The notes beneath the pieces were generated by a model that worked only from the letters and a program-made list of their open reading frames with translations, was not told the DNA's origin and did no database searches. From Octopus sinensis (lineage: Eukaryota), in contig NC_042997.1 of assembly GCF_006345805.1 (NCBI RefSeq), positions 160,270,001 through 160,334,000 on the forward strand: a stretch of DNA of 64,000 nt. The letters are read 5' to 3'. The position numbers and the translations under genes were made by a program. Positions 39,670-53,299 of this stretch are shown here, in pieces; position 1 is the stretch's first letter, and the number at the start of each line of letters is the position of its first letter.

Positions 39670-41932
39670 CACCAGCACTGACAGTTGCTTTATTCATCAA
39701 AATATAACAAGATGGTATTCTAACCCCCAACATTAGAATTGTATGTTTGAGAGCTGGGGCTAAACTCATCTAATTTGGTACTGCTTACTTTTTTATGAAC
39801 GTGTATAGAAACAGACTACTGCATCATTAAAGCTTAGCAAAACAAACCTTTTAACTTAAAAAAAATCCGACTGTTGCTCTTATCTCAAGCATCCCTAATT
39901 TTATTGTAAAATAGTCCCTTCTTTATTTCCATGAAATTTTTCCGTCACTCAGTGATTCCTAAGGATCACATTTATAAGAGACCTTATTTCGCACATGACA
40001 CACCAATTTCGTTATAAACCATATTGTAGATTTGATGTCTTGTATAATTTCTAACTATAGCTGATTGTGAAAATTCCAGTAAAGAGATGGTCATTTAAAA
40101 ACTTCAGCCTTCCAATAATCACATTGATTGAGAGATTCTTAACAAATCGTTCGTCGTTGCATACAAGACGACTGGATTTTAAGGAATCTTTAACTGTCGA
40201 CTGAAGTGTTTCAAAAGGGTTAATTCATCTCCATTCTTAGCCCTTCTAACTGCAATAGCAATGTCATCTAAGTCACTTAGATCCAATAACTCAAATGCAG
40301 ATAAAACTATTTTGAATTCCACCCTTCTTTTAAATATATATGCAAAATATATTCCGCTAGTTATTATAGCTCACGAAGTGTTGTAACAACAGTATCTCTA
40401 TTTAATCATTCGAATTGCTAGATATAACAGCTATATTTCCCACAAATCACACTATATATTATTATAAACAATGGGGGGTAATTTCATAACAGCTGGTCTG
40501 ATAACAGTGAAGTTTCAAAACCTAAGGAGCAAAAGTGGGAGGGTATAAGGTAGAAGATGTAAGATCTGCTCTCGAGAAGTCAAACAAATGGCAGTCTCCA
40601 GGAAAGGATAAACTTCCTAACTTCAGGTTGAATACCTTCGCAGAGAGTCATGAACTACTAACAGAACTTTACAATGACGCTTTGCAACAACCTAGTATGA
40701 TTCCCTCTTGGTTAGTTAATGGACCAAACAAATGGACCAAAATATTAGAGATACATAACCTGCTTAACAACAATTTATAAAACGCTAACATCTGTCCTGA
40801 CTAAATATACCTATAGTCTTTTAATATAAAGTGGCATATTCCCTAATGAGCAAAAAGGATGTAAACGTGGATGCTATGGTTGTAAAGACCAGCTACTCAT
40901 CAATAAGATGATCTTAGAAGATTGTCACAATTGACACAAAACTTGTCAATAGCCTAGATTGACTATAAAACAGCTTTTGATAGACTACCACATAACTGGA
41001 TTAAGAAATTTTAAAACATATTTTTGTGCTCGAGGGACCTAACGCGCTTTTGATACTTTGCTATGCCAGTAACTTTAGTACACACCTTGTACTTGATAGT
41101 TTCTATGGTGGTATCGATGTCAAATATCGTTTTCATATATATGAAAACTATATTTGACATCAATACCACAATATAGGTCTAACATAGAATGTTTGGAAAA
41201 CCTTAAGTTTGACAAAACTACCAAACCTACAGAAACCGGAAAATTAAAGAAAAAATATAATATAAAAATCATTCTTGACATTGATGCCACCATAGAAACC
41301 ATCAAGCAAAAGGTGTGTGCTAAAGCTGCCCGCATAGCAAGGTATGAAAAGCGCGTTAGATTCTTCAAGGACAATAATATGTTTAAAAATACCCCCAAAT
41401 CTTTTTACAGGAAGACAAGGGGAAATACCAGTTACAGTAAAGTCTCACCCATCAAAAGAAGTGCAGAAATTTTGGAATAATATTTGGGCAGAAGAAAAAA
41501 ACACAGAATGAAAAACACCCTGTATTAATAGAATATCTGCAGACTTAGACTCCTTAGAAGAGCAAAAGTGGGAGGGTATCAAGGTAGAAGATGTAAGATC
41601 TCTCAGGAACTCAAGCAAATGGCAATCTCCAAGAAAGAATAAAATTCTTAACTTCTTGTTGAATGCCTTCCCAGGGAGCCATGAACTGCCAACAAAACTT
41701 TACAACGACGTTTTGCAACAACCTACTATGATTCCCTCTTGGTATTACATTCCTACTTCCAAAATATGAGGTGTAGGAGTGGCTCTGTGATAAGTAGCTT
41801 GCTTAACAACCACATGGTTTCGGGTTCAGTACCACTGCATGACACCTTGGGCAAGTGTCTTATACAATAGCCTCGGGCCGATCAAAATCTTGTGAATGGA
41901 TTTAGTAGACAGAAACTGAAAGAAGCCCGTCG

Positions 41933-42028
<96 letters not shown>

Positions 42029-43808
42029 GAAATGAAGAAAATGCTGACAAAATAATTTAAGTAATTTAAGTAATTTAATTAGGTGAAGTTCTTTTTACCG
42101 GTTGCGCATTTGTTATGCTTATCAAAATTTTTTTAAGAGAGATGTAGTTAATCTTTACTCCAACATCCCCCACAACCTAGGAATAGAAGCTATCCAATTC
42201 TGGCTGGATAATTACTCCAACGATCTCCCACACCGCATCAAAAAGGAATTTATTTTAGAAGGACTCAAATTCATCTTAGAGAATAATTTATTCACCTTCA
42301 ACAACAAATTCTACAGACAGAAATCAGGGACGGCAATGGGAACGAAAACAGCTCCCACTTACACCAACCTAGTCATGGGATACCTGGAAATCACCCTCTA
42401 TAATAACGTTCTTAACCAATTTGGCACCACTCTTCACACACACATAGAGAAGAACTGGAAGAGATATCTTGATGACTGCTTCATCCTTTGGTCCGAAACC
42501 GTCGAGAAGCTTAAAGAATTTCACATCCTTATAAATGGGCTCAACACAAACATTATTTTCACAATGGAATACAGCCCTCAACAAATTCACTTCCTCGACA
42601 TCCTCATTAAAATTCACAACAAAAAAATAGAAACAGACATATACTACAAGCCCACAGACTCCAAGCAATACCTCCCTTTCAATTCATGCCACCCTAGACA
42701 CGTTAAAATTAACATTCCCTACAACTTAGCCAAGAGAATTTGCACTATAGTCTCCAATAAAAACACCCGTCTCTTACGTCTACAAGAACTCAAGGACACA
42801 TTAACAAGCAGGTATTACCCCACGTCACTAATTGACAATGGGATCCAACGCGCCCTAAAACTCAGCACACAGGAACTTAGACACCCTAAACCTGTTATAT
42901 CGAAACCCCATACTCTACCATACATCTCTACACATAACCCCCTCAACAATGAAGCTTTTGACACCATCCTCCAGAACATTCCTCTGTTAAAAAAGGACCA
43001 TAGAATGAACCAAATCCTCCTAACACACGAAATCATAAAGAGCAAAAGGCGACCCAAATCATTGAAAACCATCTTAACAAATGTCAAATACTGCCAACCA
43101 CAACAACTAAACCCACAGTAAACAAATGCAATAGACCCAATTGTGGTATATGCATCAACCTAATAGAAGGTCCGGAATTCTTTTTTAAACAAGGACAACG
43201 TTTCACAGTAAAACACAACTTCACATGCGCATCAGAAAACCTAGTATATGTCTTAACTTGCTCGGGCTGTAATGAAAACTACATAGGCCAAACTAAAAAT
43301 AGCCTCCGCCAACGCATGACTGTCCACAGATCCCAAATAAAAATACAGGAATACAGAAAAATAGCACTTAGTGCACATATTGATACCTGTGCCGCACAAC
43401 TTCATCCCAATTTTAGAATCTTTCCCCTCTACAAATTTAAAGACAATGCCACTCATACCCAGCGAATAACCATGGAATCCCACCTTATTAATAAATACAG
43501 ACCACTTCTAAACACATCCCCCTAACACGAACCCACAACAAACACACTTACACCTGCACATACCCTACACACACTTTTACCCAGATATTAACACCATGAC
43601 ACACGCAAATATATGGTTCCACACATACACATAACTGGATACGAGTGCAAAACATCCAACACTATTTTTGGAAATGACTGTAAATATTGACTTCACACAA
43701 ACACGTTGCTTCCCGATACAGGCACAAGGCCAGCAGAACTATAAATATTGAAAATTGTACCCACACACGCACACATATATACACGCGCGCGCGCCCCAAC
43801 ATACATAT

Positions 43809-43860
<52 letters not shown>

Positions 43861-44484
43861 ACGCACACGTACATACATATAGCTCTTCCTATCCTAAACG
43901 AACTTACTTATCCAGCTCAAATTCAGTCAAACGGAAAATACACTCCCTAACTACGCGCTAAAAAGCTATTTAAAATATCCACATGACGTCTACTGACCAG
44001 CCTGAACAATAAGAATTTTCAACAACGCTATTTTCGAAAATTCTAAACATTCACGTGACCTCTCTATTATGACCACATCCACGTGACCTCTTTATTATGA
44101 CCAATGAGAAATTTTAGGCGCGACACTAGCCAAATTTTAACTTCTCTGGAGCCTTTTTTCTTACCCCAACACCAATTTCCATTCAAACATTCACATGACC
44201 CCTTCATAATGACCAATCAAAATTGTATTGAACATTGTCCACAAAAAATTTTAGGCACGAAACCAAGCAAATCTTAAACAACTCTGGAGCCTCTTTTTTC
44301 ACATATACGAGACAGCAAACCCAACATAAAGTCAGATAAGAGGAAAAAATCCATCAGAAAGGAACTCTATCTCTCTTTAAAAAAATTTGATAAGCATAAC
44401 AAATGCGCAACCGGTAAAAAGAACTTTCACCTAATTAAATTACTTAAATTACTTATATTATTTTGTCAGCATTTTCTTCATTTC
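42029..44484 (+). mobile_element. 5'-truncated Penelope-like retroelement (RT, Cys-rich linker, GIY-YIG; Neptune-type) with inverted partial pLTR
   Basis: ORF 42102-43121 has LYSNIPH, GTAMGT, RYLDD. Downstream CNRPNCGIC and NLVYVLTC..C..NYIGQT. 42029-42142 is the reverse complement of 44370-44484. Flanked by (TA)n. Confidence 0.93.
44385..44419 (+). ncRNA. Variant hammerhead-like motif in the Penelope pLTR (inverted copy at about 42094-42128)
   Basis: TTGATAA-GCAT aacaa ATGC-GCAA-CCGG-TA. U3/A8 core, GCAA instead of GAAA, palindromic ACCGGT stem III, very weak stem I. Confidence 0.55.
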
Positions 44485-44569
44485 CTTTTTTATATATCAC
44501 AACGGGTGTTCCACATCTCCTTTTTTAATATATATATATATAATATATATATATATATATTATATATAT

Positions 44570-44624
<55 letters not shown>

Positions 44625-47080
44625 GTATGTGTGCGTATATGTTTCTGTGTCTGTTTTTGTCCCCCCAACATCACTTGACAACCGATGCTGGTGTGTTTAC
44701 GTCCCATAACTTGCTCGGTTCGGTAAAAGAGACCGATAGAATAAGTACTTGGCTTAAAAAAGAATAAGCCCTGGGGTCGATTTGCTCGACCAAAGGCGGT
44801 ACTCCAGCATGGCCACAGTCAAAATGACTTAAACAAGTAAAAGAGTAAAGAGAGTGTAAACAAATAAACCCAAATATTATACATCCATAACCTGCTTAAC
44901 AACAATGTCTAAAATACTAACATCCGATTTGACTGAATATACCTATAGTTTCTTAATAGAAAATGGCATATTGCATAATGAGCAAAAAGGATGTGCGTGG
45001 GTCCTATGGTTGTAAAGATCAGCGAATCGCCAATAAGATGATCTTGGAAGATTGTAACTAACGACACAAAAATTCTCGATAGCCTGGGCAGACAATAAAA
45101 AAGATTTTGATTGTCTACCGCGTAGGTGGATTAAGGAATGTCTGGAAATGTATAAATTAGCACCTACTCTGATAAACCTCTTGTTTGTAAGTATGAGATC
45201 ATGGAGAACCACACTGATTTTGAACAGTGACAATGAATCTCTTAATGCTGGAGATATAAGAATTTCATGTGGCATTTTCTAGAGTGACTCACTATCACCA
45301 CTCCTCTTTTCTTTAGCCTTTTCTCTTAATGCCTCTCTCGAAATTGCGCGATGATGTACAATACGGCTATAAAATGTTTGATAAAATTATGCTTAGAAAA
45401 TTATATTTAGAAAATTATAAATCATCTCATTTACATGGACGATATAGAGCTCATTGCAAGAAAAGGAAATGACCACAACTAGAGGTCTTACTAGCGATTG
45501 TTAAACTATTCAGTTCAGTGATGACATCAGAATGCAATTTGTCTTCGAGAAATGTGCAAAAGCTACCTTTATCAAAGCAAAATTGACAGAAACATCCAAA
45601 GTTAATCTTGACCAGCTGAATATCATAAAGGAGCTAGAAGCGGCGTAGAGCTACGAATACCAGTTTCAATATTAATAACTGGTCAATTACTGAAATATGT
45701 AAACTTGAAAGAAAACACGAAAATTCTTAACATTGTATAGAATGCACCACACAAAGGCAGATATAGAAGGAATTTACCTGTCAATAAAAGAGGATGGCCG
45801 TGGACTCATATAACTGGAATTAATAATGAATATTGCCACAATTGGCCTAGACAACTACTTGAAAAACTCTGAGGACTGGATGTTAAAACTTGTCTCAAAG
45901 TATGAAGTAAGTAAGCATCATACTCAGTAACAAAACAGGTGAAGTAATATCTAAGTGATTTCCAAATACAACAAATTCCAGAATTAGATGTACTAGAAAC
46001 ACGCACAGAAAAAGCTAAGCGTATGAAAACCCGTACTAAACTGCTGCCCTAGATATTCTTACTGATAAATAGCAAGAAAAACCTCTTAATGGCAAATACC
46101 CAAAGAGAGCTATTAGTGCCGATGTTGACAAAGCCCTTGCCCATCAATGGTTAGTGTTTTTGTGCTTAAAACCAGAAACGGAAGAGTTTATGATAGCGGC
46201 CCAACATCAATGCCTACCTACAAGAAAATACCAGGCCAACATGTTAAAGAACGGCAGTAGCTCAACATGTCGTGTATGTCAGCAAAAAATGTAACAGTTG
46301 ACCATGTTGTCTCCATGTGCAGTCTTCCTGCGCCTACAGCGTATCTCAACAGATATGAGAGAGCAGCACAATATATTCACTGGGTAATTTGCAAAAACCT
46401 GGACCTACCACATGATAAAATAACTGGTGGGACGACAAACCACCTCCAGTGCTTGAAAATGATCACATCTCACTTCTCTTGAACTTCACCGTTCAAGGCC
46501 AGACATTATATTGAAAGACTTCTGGCAAAAATCAAGCTTCCTCATTGATATGACTGTCCCAATTGACATAATTGTATCTGTCAAGATCTACAACAAATTG
46601 TGCAATACCTGTTATCATAGGTGCCCTAAGAATGATAGTAAAAGGGACTGAGTCTTACCTAGCTCAGATACCAAAATGGCAGAAATTCAAAGGGTAATGC
46701 TCATGGGATCTGCCCATATCGTACGTAAAATCAATCTCAAACTTTAAAACAGATTCATAACTGTCATATGTTTTTTTAAACATTCTCAATTACAATATTA
46801 TATGACACTCTAGGCATGACACCAACATGAACTCGTAACTTGTTATCTCTTGAGGTCTCTGGGTGAGACTTGGAGCCAACTTTCACAAATAGTAGGTCGT
46901 GAATTATGAAATTTGTAGTAAGGTATGTAGTAACTTTTGACAGCTGATCATTTTGCGCCATTATAATATTTTTACAACCTTTATTTTTTGTAAGAAAGCT
47001 GACACATCTATTCCTTTATTATAACTCATTTTGCGCTTTATAAAGTATTTATAAATCGTTTTTGCTATCTTTGTTTAGAG

Positions 47081-47990
47081 ATGGATAAGTCGGAAATTCG
47101 TAGTTTTGAAATATGAGTTTTTCTTGGAAATACAGCATCACAGACGGCTCGGAATATTAATGGAGTATTTCATTCTAATGTTATTACACAGCAGACAGTA
47201 ACAAATTGGTTTGCAAAATTTCATTCTCACAAATGAGCAACGTGGTCGACCAGAAACGATGGTGGATAATGACGAACTGAAAGCCAGATCCTTCTCAAAG
47301 TGCCCGCAAATTATCGTTGTTGTTTGGTGTTAGCAAGCAAACACTATTGAGTCAGCTATTTCAAATCGGTAAAGTGAGAAAGATGGATAAGTGGGTTCCG
47401 CATGAACTCAATGAAAATCTGAAACAGCAACGTTTGGAAGCCTACATTATGTTACTTGCTCGTTAGAAAAATGAATAATTTTTGAATCGAACTGTAACAT
47501 GTGATGGGAAATGGATCCAATAGAACAGCCGTAAAGATTCAGTACAATGGTTGAACAAAGACGAGCCACCAAAACAGACTCCAAAAAGTAAAATCCATCA
47601 AGCTAATGGTGTGTGTTTGGTGGTCTGGCGCAGATGTCATTTATTATGATATTATTAAACCTGGCTTATCAATCACAGCCAAACTATACTGCAGCCAACT
47701 GGACCAAATGATGCAGAAACTTATAAAAAACAGCATAAATTAGTCAACAGATCCACTTCTGTTTTATTGCAGGACAACGCCAGACCACACATCACAAAAA
47801 TGACATTGCCGAAACTACTGGATTTGGAGTTGGAAGGTCTCCATCATCCTCCATACTCATCTGATGTTGCCCCCACTGACTACCACTTCTTCCAGAATTT
47901 GATTAACTTTTTGACAGGAGAAAAAATAATTCCCACGATGCTGTAAAACAGGTCTTCCAAGATTTTATTGACTCTAGATTTCCAGGCTGT
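47081..47990 (+). mobile_element. Degenerate mariner transposase of a third family, 3'-truncated by a LINE
   Basis: Fragments MDKSEIR, WVPHELN, TCDGKW, LQDNARPH, HPPYSSDVAPTDYHFF with stops and frameshifts. Confidence 0.85.
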
Positions 47991-49475
47991 TCGCAAAAAC
48001 AGAGCCTGAAAGAGAGAGGCTGGTGGAGACTGCAGATGTTCAGCAAGGATATAGGGATGAAATTCAGCATCTCGAAGTTTGCGGTGCTCACTTAAAAACG
48101 AGAGAAAAGAGAGATTGTAGGGGCATAGGATTGCCCAACGGAGAGAGAATTGAATACCCAATTGATGATGGGTTCAAGTACCTTGGGATCCTGGTGCTGG
48201 ACAATATCTTGCACAGAGAAATAAAAGACAAACTCATCACTACATATTCGAAGCACCTCAAACTTCTTTTGAAATCAAAACTCAGCCCAAGGAAACTTGT
48301 GACTGCCATTGACATATGGGCAATTGCTGTAGTCCGCTAAAGTGCTACCATCCTGAGATAGACACAAGCGGAGATTCACAAACTCGATCACACTCCCCGA
48401 AAACAATGATAATGCATGGTGTCCTCCAACCTAAAGCGAATATACAGAGGCTGTACGCGAAGAGGTGTAAAAGTAAATGTGGGATGAGTGCACCAAAGTG
48501 AAAATAAGTACCATGGCAGAAATACTTTGTAAATAAAAACAAGACTTGCTACACTATGCTGCTAATGCAGAAGGATTTACCAAAAATGGGCTTAAGAGCG
48601 CTCATGAATTCCAATCACGAACGGCCAACGATAGAGAAAAGGAACCCTATACCGCATGGAATTACAGTTCCACTATCGAACTAACTACTTAAAAGACCAA
48701 GAAGCATCATGGAGGTGGCTCAGCAAGAGTGACCTAAAAAAGAAACTGAAAGCCCAATTATAGCTACCCAGGATCAGGCATTGAATATCAACTCAGTGAA
48801 AATTGATATAGATCACACAAGTGCAATGGACATCTGCAGAATGTGCGGGAAGAGGGTCGAAAGCGTGACTCACATTGTTAGTGCTTGTGAAAATCTTGTT
48901 CAGAAACAGTACAAGCACAAACACGACAAGGAACATCAAAACCGCCATTGGCTACTATGCCGGAAGTGTGGATACGAGGTAATAGGTGCATACACCGGAA
49001 AAAGTAATGGACGAATAAGGGAAGGCAAAAATCCTCTGGGACATTGATTTCCAGACAAGCAAGATTTTAGAGCACCGAGGTCCCGGAATAGTAACCTTTA
49101 AGAGGGACAAACAAGAGGGCCTATTAATCAACGTGACATACTATCATGAAAGAGAAACGATTGATAAATATTGAGACCTAAGAATTGATTTCGCAAAGGT
49201 GTGGCAGTTACGAGAGTCAAACATAGAGGCTGTCCCTGTTGTCATTAAAGCACTAGTTTCAATACTGCCCAAGTTGAAGAAGCATGTGGAAACATCAGAA
49301 ATACCCTACGATCTAGGTGTATTGCAAAAATCGGCATTACTTAGAACTGCACGAATATTGCGTAAAGTGATATTTGTCTGAGGTCCTTGTGACTTGACAG
49401 TCAGTACAAAACCCCGGTAGACACAATATCTCCAATGAACAACATTAGGATACTGGATACTGTTCGACGTCTTAA
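47990..49475 (+). mobile_element. 3' fragment of an R4/Dong-like LINE followed by (TAA)n/(TGA)n
   Basis: FKYLGIL, QDQAL, CRMCG..VESVTHIVSAC, VPVVI.AL, LQKSALLRTARILRKV. Confidence 0.82.
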
Positions 49476-49493
49476 ATAATAATAATAATAATC

Positions 49494-49599
<106 letters not shown>

Positions 49600-49719
49600 T
49601 AATAATAATAAAAACGCATGAAAAGTTAGCTAGCAGATGGGAACAGAAACCTCTGCATGGCAAGTATGTGGCTCGTAGCAAACAAGCTGATGTTGACCAG
49701 AAACACACGTACCAATGGG

Positions 49720-52700
49720 TATTCCAAGAATAACAATCGGGAAGTGCGTACTTTAGACTTGTTACACAAAAAGTACGAAAAACTACACGTGCAAAACAAT
49801 TTGACAGCAGAAATGTACGGACGCGTTACCCTACGAAAATGATGACCGTCAAAATAAAGGGCCGGACGTTGTTCCTCATATACCGCAAATAAAACCAAAA
49901 AGGCATAAATGGACACATACATATAAAATATGGAAGAAGAATGACCTAAATAAAGACTTGGATACAGTAATGAACCCTAATAAACTAGCTAACATACGAA
50001 GATATATTCTCAGCGCAAAAAAATATCAGAAATAGAAATAGAACATTTAAAAGGAAAAATACATCAGAAAAATATAGATAGAAGCCACACAACAATGCCA
50101 AATAATATAAACACTGAGATAGTAAAACTCGAAGACAAACGTAACAAAAACGAATTAAACAAAAAACAACAAACCCAGACCGCAGAGATGTATAATAATG
50201 TACAAAAAGCACCAAACCAGAACACCATAGACAAATATATGAATGAGAAGGAAAGCGAAACAAATCTAAAACCTGGAAACAACGAAGGGGAACCCAATGA
50301 CTATGATACTATAAAAATGAGAGTAATCAAAGAACTGAAAACCACGGATCTCAGACTGGACCACCGACCATACCTCCCCAAAAAATAGACAATAAAACAA
50401 CATCAATAATAAATAGCATAAACCTGGCTGTCACGGAACTGATAGCCACAGAAACAAATCCCTGAGCTAAATGACATAATATATGCATCAGCTAGTGCAG
50501 CCACAAAAGAAGCTGGATACTCCCTCAAACCCATCAAAACAGGTGTACTACCACCCAAACAAACCCTGTGGATAAATAGCATCAAAGAATACAAAAAAGT
50601 GAAAAGATCTGTCGATTCTGAACGAAATTAGTAGACAATCAACGCTACTAAGCAACAAGAAAAAAACAAAACTACTGTGCAAATACATCACATGAAAAGA
50701 TTTACCTGAGATAAAAGAAAAGTAAAGCAAGATATCCTTGCCAAAGCACAAAGGATCCGCCGGTATGAGAAACGCCAACGTTTCTTTCAACAAAACAAAC
50801 AGTTCAACTCCAACCCTAACAAGTTCTACCAAGAACTAGGCAAAAATAAAATAGACATCACTGCAGCACCAACGGCAGAAGAAGTGGAAGAATGTTAGAA
50901 AGAAATGAGCAATCACAGAAAATGAGTATTAAAACAACAAACTTAGCACCTGAGCAACTCTGGACCCCATAACAAATGAAGAGGTCACCCAGGCACTGCA
51001 AACACTAAGCAACTGGAACGCACCTGGGCACCACAAGATCCCCAAATTCTGGTTAAAATATCTGACAAGAATACACAAAAAGCTGGCTGAAAACTTTAAC
51101 GACATACTGGCAGAGCCAGAGACAATGTCTAAATGGCTCACAAAAGGGAAAACCATCCTAATTCCCAAATCCAATGAAACGGCAAAACCACAAAACTACA
51201 GACCTATAGCCTGTCTCCCTACAATGTACAAAGCCTTTACTGTAGTAATATCGCAAAGATTGAACAGGCATCTGGACGAAAACAACCTGTTTCCAGAAGA
51301 GAAGAAGGGATGCTGCAAGGGCTCATATGGCTGTAAAGATCAACTAATGACCGATAGAGACATAACTGAAGACAGCCACAGAAAGAAGAAAGGCCTCAGT
51401 ATGGCATGGATCGACTGCCAAAAGGCTTTTGATAGCATTCACCACACATGGATCCTCGAAACAATAACCATTAACAAGGTAGCACCAATAATTACAAAAT
51501 ACATGAGACACTCTATGAATAAATGGCAGACAGTGCTACAGCTCCAAACAAAAGAGGGACTCGTGAAAACCAAAGCCATCCCCATCTCCTTTTCTGCTTG
51601 GCACTGACACCTCTATCTGATATGCTAAATAGAACTGGATGCGGATACAAATGTTACGGCGAAACAAACAACCACCTTTTATATATGGATGGCATAAAAT
51701 TATACGCTACAAATGACAAACAGCTGGAAATACTACTACAGACAGAACATGGACTTACCAAAGAAATAGATATGAAATTTGAATTAGAAAAATGCGCCAA
51801 AGCAACTCTGAAACTAGTTAAGAGTAGCAACATAACACTAGATAATGCCAATGAAATAAGAGAATTAGACCAAAGCGAAACATACAAATATTTAGGAATC
51901 CATGAACTAGATATGATACAACACACAAAAATGAAAGAGAAAATAAAGCAGAATACTAAAAACAGAGCTCAATGATAAAAACAAGATAATAGGCATTAAC
52001 ACTTTAGCTACAAGATACAGCTACAATATCCTTAACTGGACACTAAATGAACTAACCAAAATAGACAGGAAAACGAAAAAAAAATAATGACAGGATCTAG
52101 GATGCATCACCCAAATCTGACATAGAAAGTCTATATATACAACGTATAGAAGGTGGTAGAGGCCTTATACTATTATAAAATAACCACTATAGGACTACAA
52201 AAATATCTACTTCAGAAAAGAGGAAAACTGATACAAATAGCGGCAAAACACGAACAAAACAAAATACTGTTCTCAGTATTTAAGGAAGCTGACAAATACA
52301 AACAAGAAATCATACTACCTAACAAATATGAAGAAGAAGAAACAACATTAGCTATAAAACAAATGAAATACAAACTAAAACTAGAACAGCAACGAACCAT
52401 GGTAAACGATGGCAAGAAAAGCCCCTTCATGGCAAATACTGGACTAAACCAAATGCAAAAGAAATAGACAGAGAAAAATCCCAGCATTTGTTGAGAAGCT
52501 CAGGACTCAAAGCAGAACGGAAGGATTTTTAATTGCAGCACAAGACCAAAGCCTCCCCACCAGAAATTACCTAAAACATATAATGAAATGAAACGTAACA
52601 CGTAACTGCAGAATATGTGGAGATAGACAAGAAAAAATAAATCATACTATTTCTGGCTGTATATATACAACGTATGGAAGGTGGTAGAGCCCAGTCCTGG

Positions 52701-53297
52701 CTAAGAAGGAATATATTCACAGACATGACAGAGTTTGGACTCACATACACTGGAAGCTATGCCAACACTATGGAATAATAACAGAAAAAAGATGGTATAG
52801 GCACACACCAGAAAAGGTCACAGAAAACGAGAAAGCAACCATACTCTGGGATATGCCAATACACACAGATAGAGAAATTAAGGACAATAGACCAGACATA
52901 TTTGTCAGAGATCAGGAAGAAAAAATGCTTTCTAATTAATGTATCAATACCAGCACAACGTGTCTCCAAAAAAAAAATGGAGAAACTTTCAAAATACAAA
53001 GACCTTGAAATAGAGGTAACTCGAATGTGGCATCTAAAAACAGAAACAATTCCTATCATAGTAGGCGCATTAGGTAAAATAAAAAATATTCAGACAAATA
53101 CATAACAAAAAACCCAGGACTTGCAAATATATATAACATACTGGGCACTGCACATATCCTACGCAGAACACTTTCAATACAGTAACCATCAGAGCATCAC
53201 AACAAATCACAGCACATACCCAAGGTACACAGAGCTGCGATCGGTCGTAAAGTGAAAGCACGCTATAAAAATAAAACCACTGAATAATAATAATAAT
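49720..53297 (+). mobile_element. Near full-length degenerate R4/Dong-like LINE ending in (TAA)n
   Basis: NYRPIACLP, AWIDCQKAFDS, YMDG, CRICG, ILWDMP, NRPDI, KYKDL, IPIIVGALG; TAATAATAA tail at 53284-97. Confidence 0.87.
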
Positions 53298-53299
53298 AG

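Larger units (their letters stand above)
35141..40520 (-). repeat. Inverted segmental homology to about 13065-20692 (lectin intron 1 end through 3' flank)
   Basis: Reverse-complement matches: 40030-40520 with 13065-13560; 36370-37730 with 17690-19250; 35141-35890 with 19970-20692. Confidence 0.92.
41770..44855 (+). mobile_element. tRNA-derived SINE (same family as 3437-4394) whose central (TA)n holds a Penelope-like element
   Basis: 5' half 41770-41933, 3' half about 44640-44855 ending in a GAGTAAA-like tail. It interrupts a LINE ORF between LLPK and the following NYRPITCL-equivalent region. Confidence 0.85.
40524..46870 (+). mobile_element. Older scrambled copy of the same R4/Dong-like LINE family, hosting a SINE and a PLE
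   Basis: Clear nucleotide similarity to 61700-64000. 40524-41010 duplicates a downstream segment; about 41010-41125 is an inverted copy of 41275-41390. Confidence 0.85.

Noticed and set aside
44050-44300. Short repeats CACGTGACCTCT..ATTATGACCA resembling an array
   Set aside because: Two or three imperfect units in a PLE 3' region, no unique spacers, eukaryotic context; not CRISPR.
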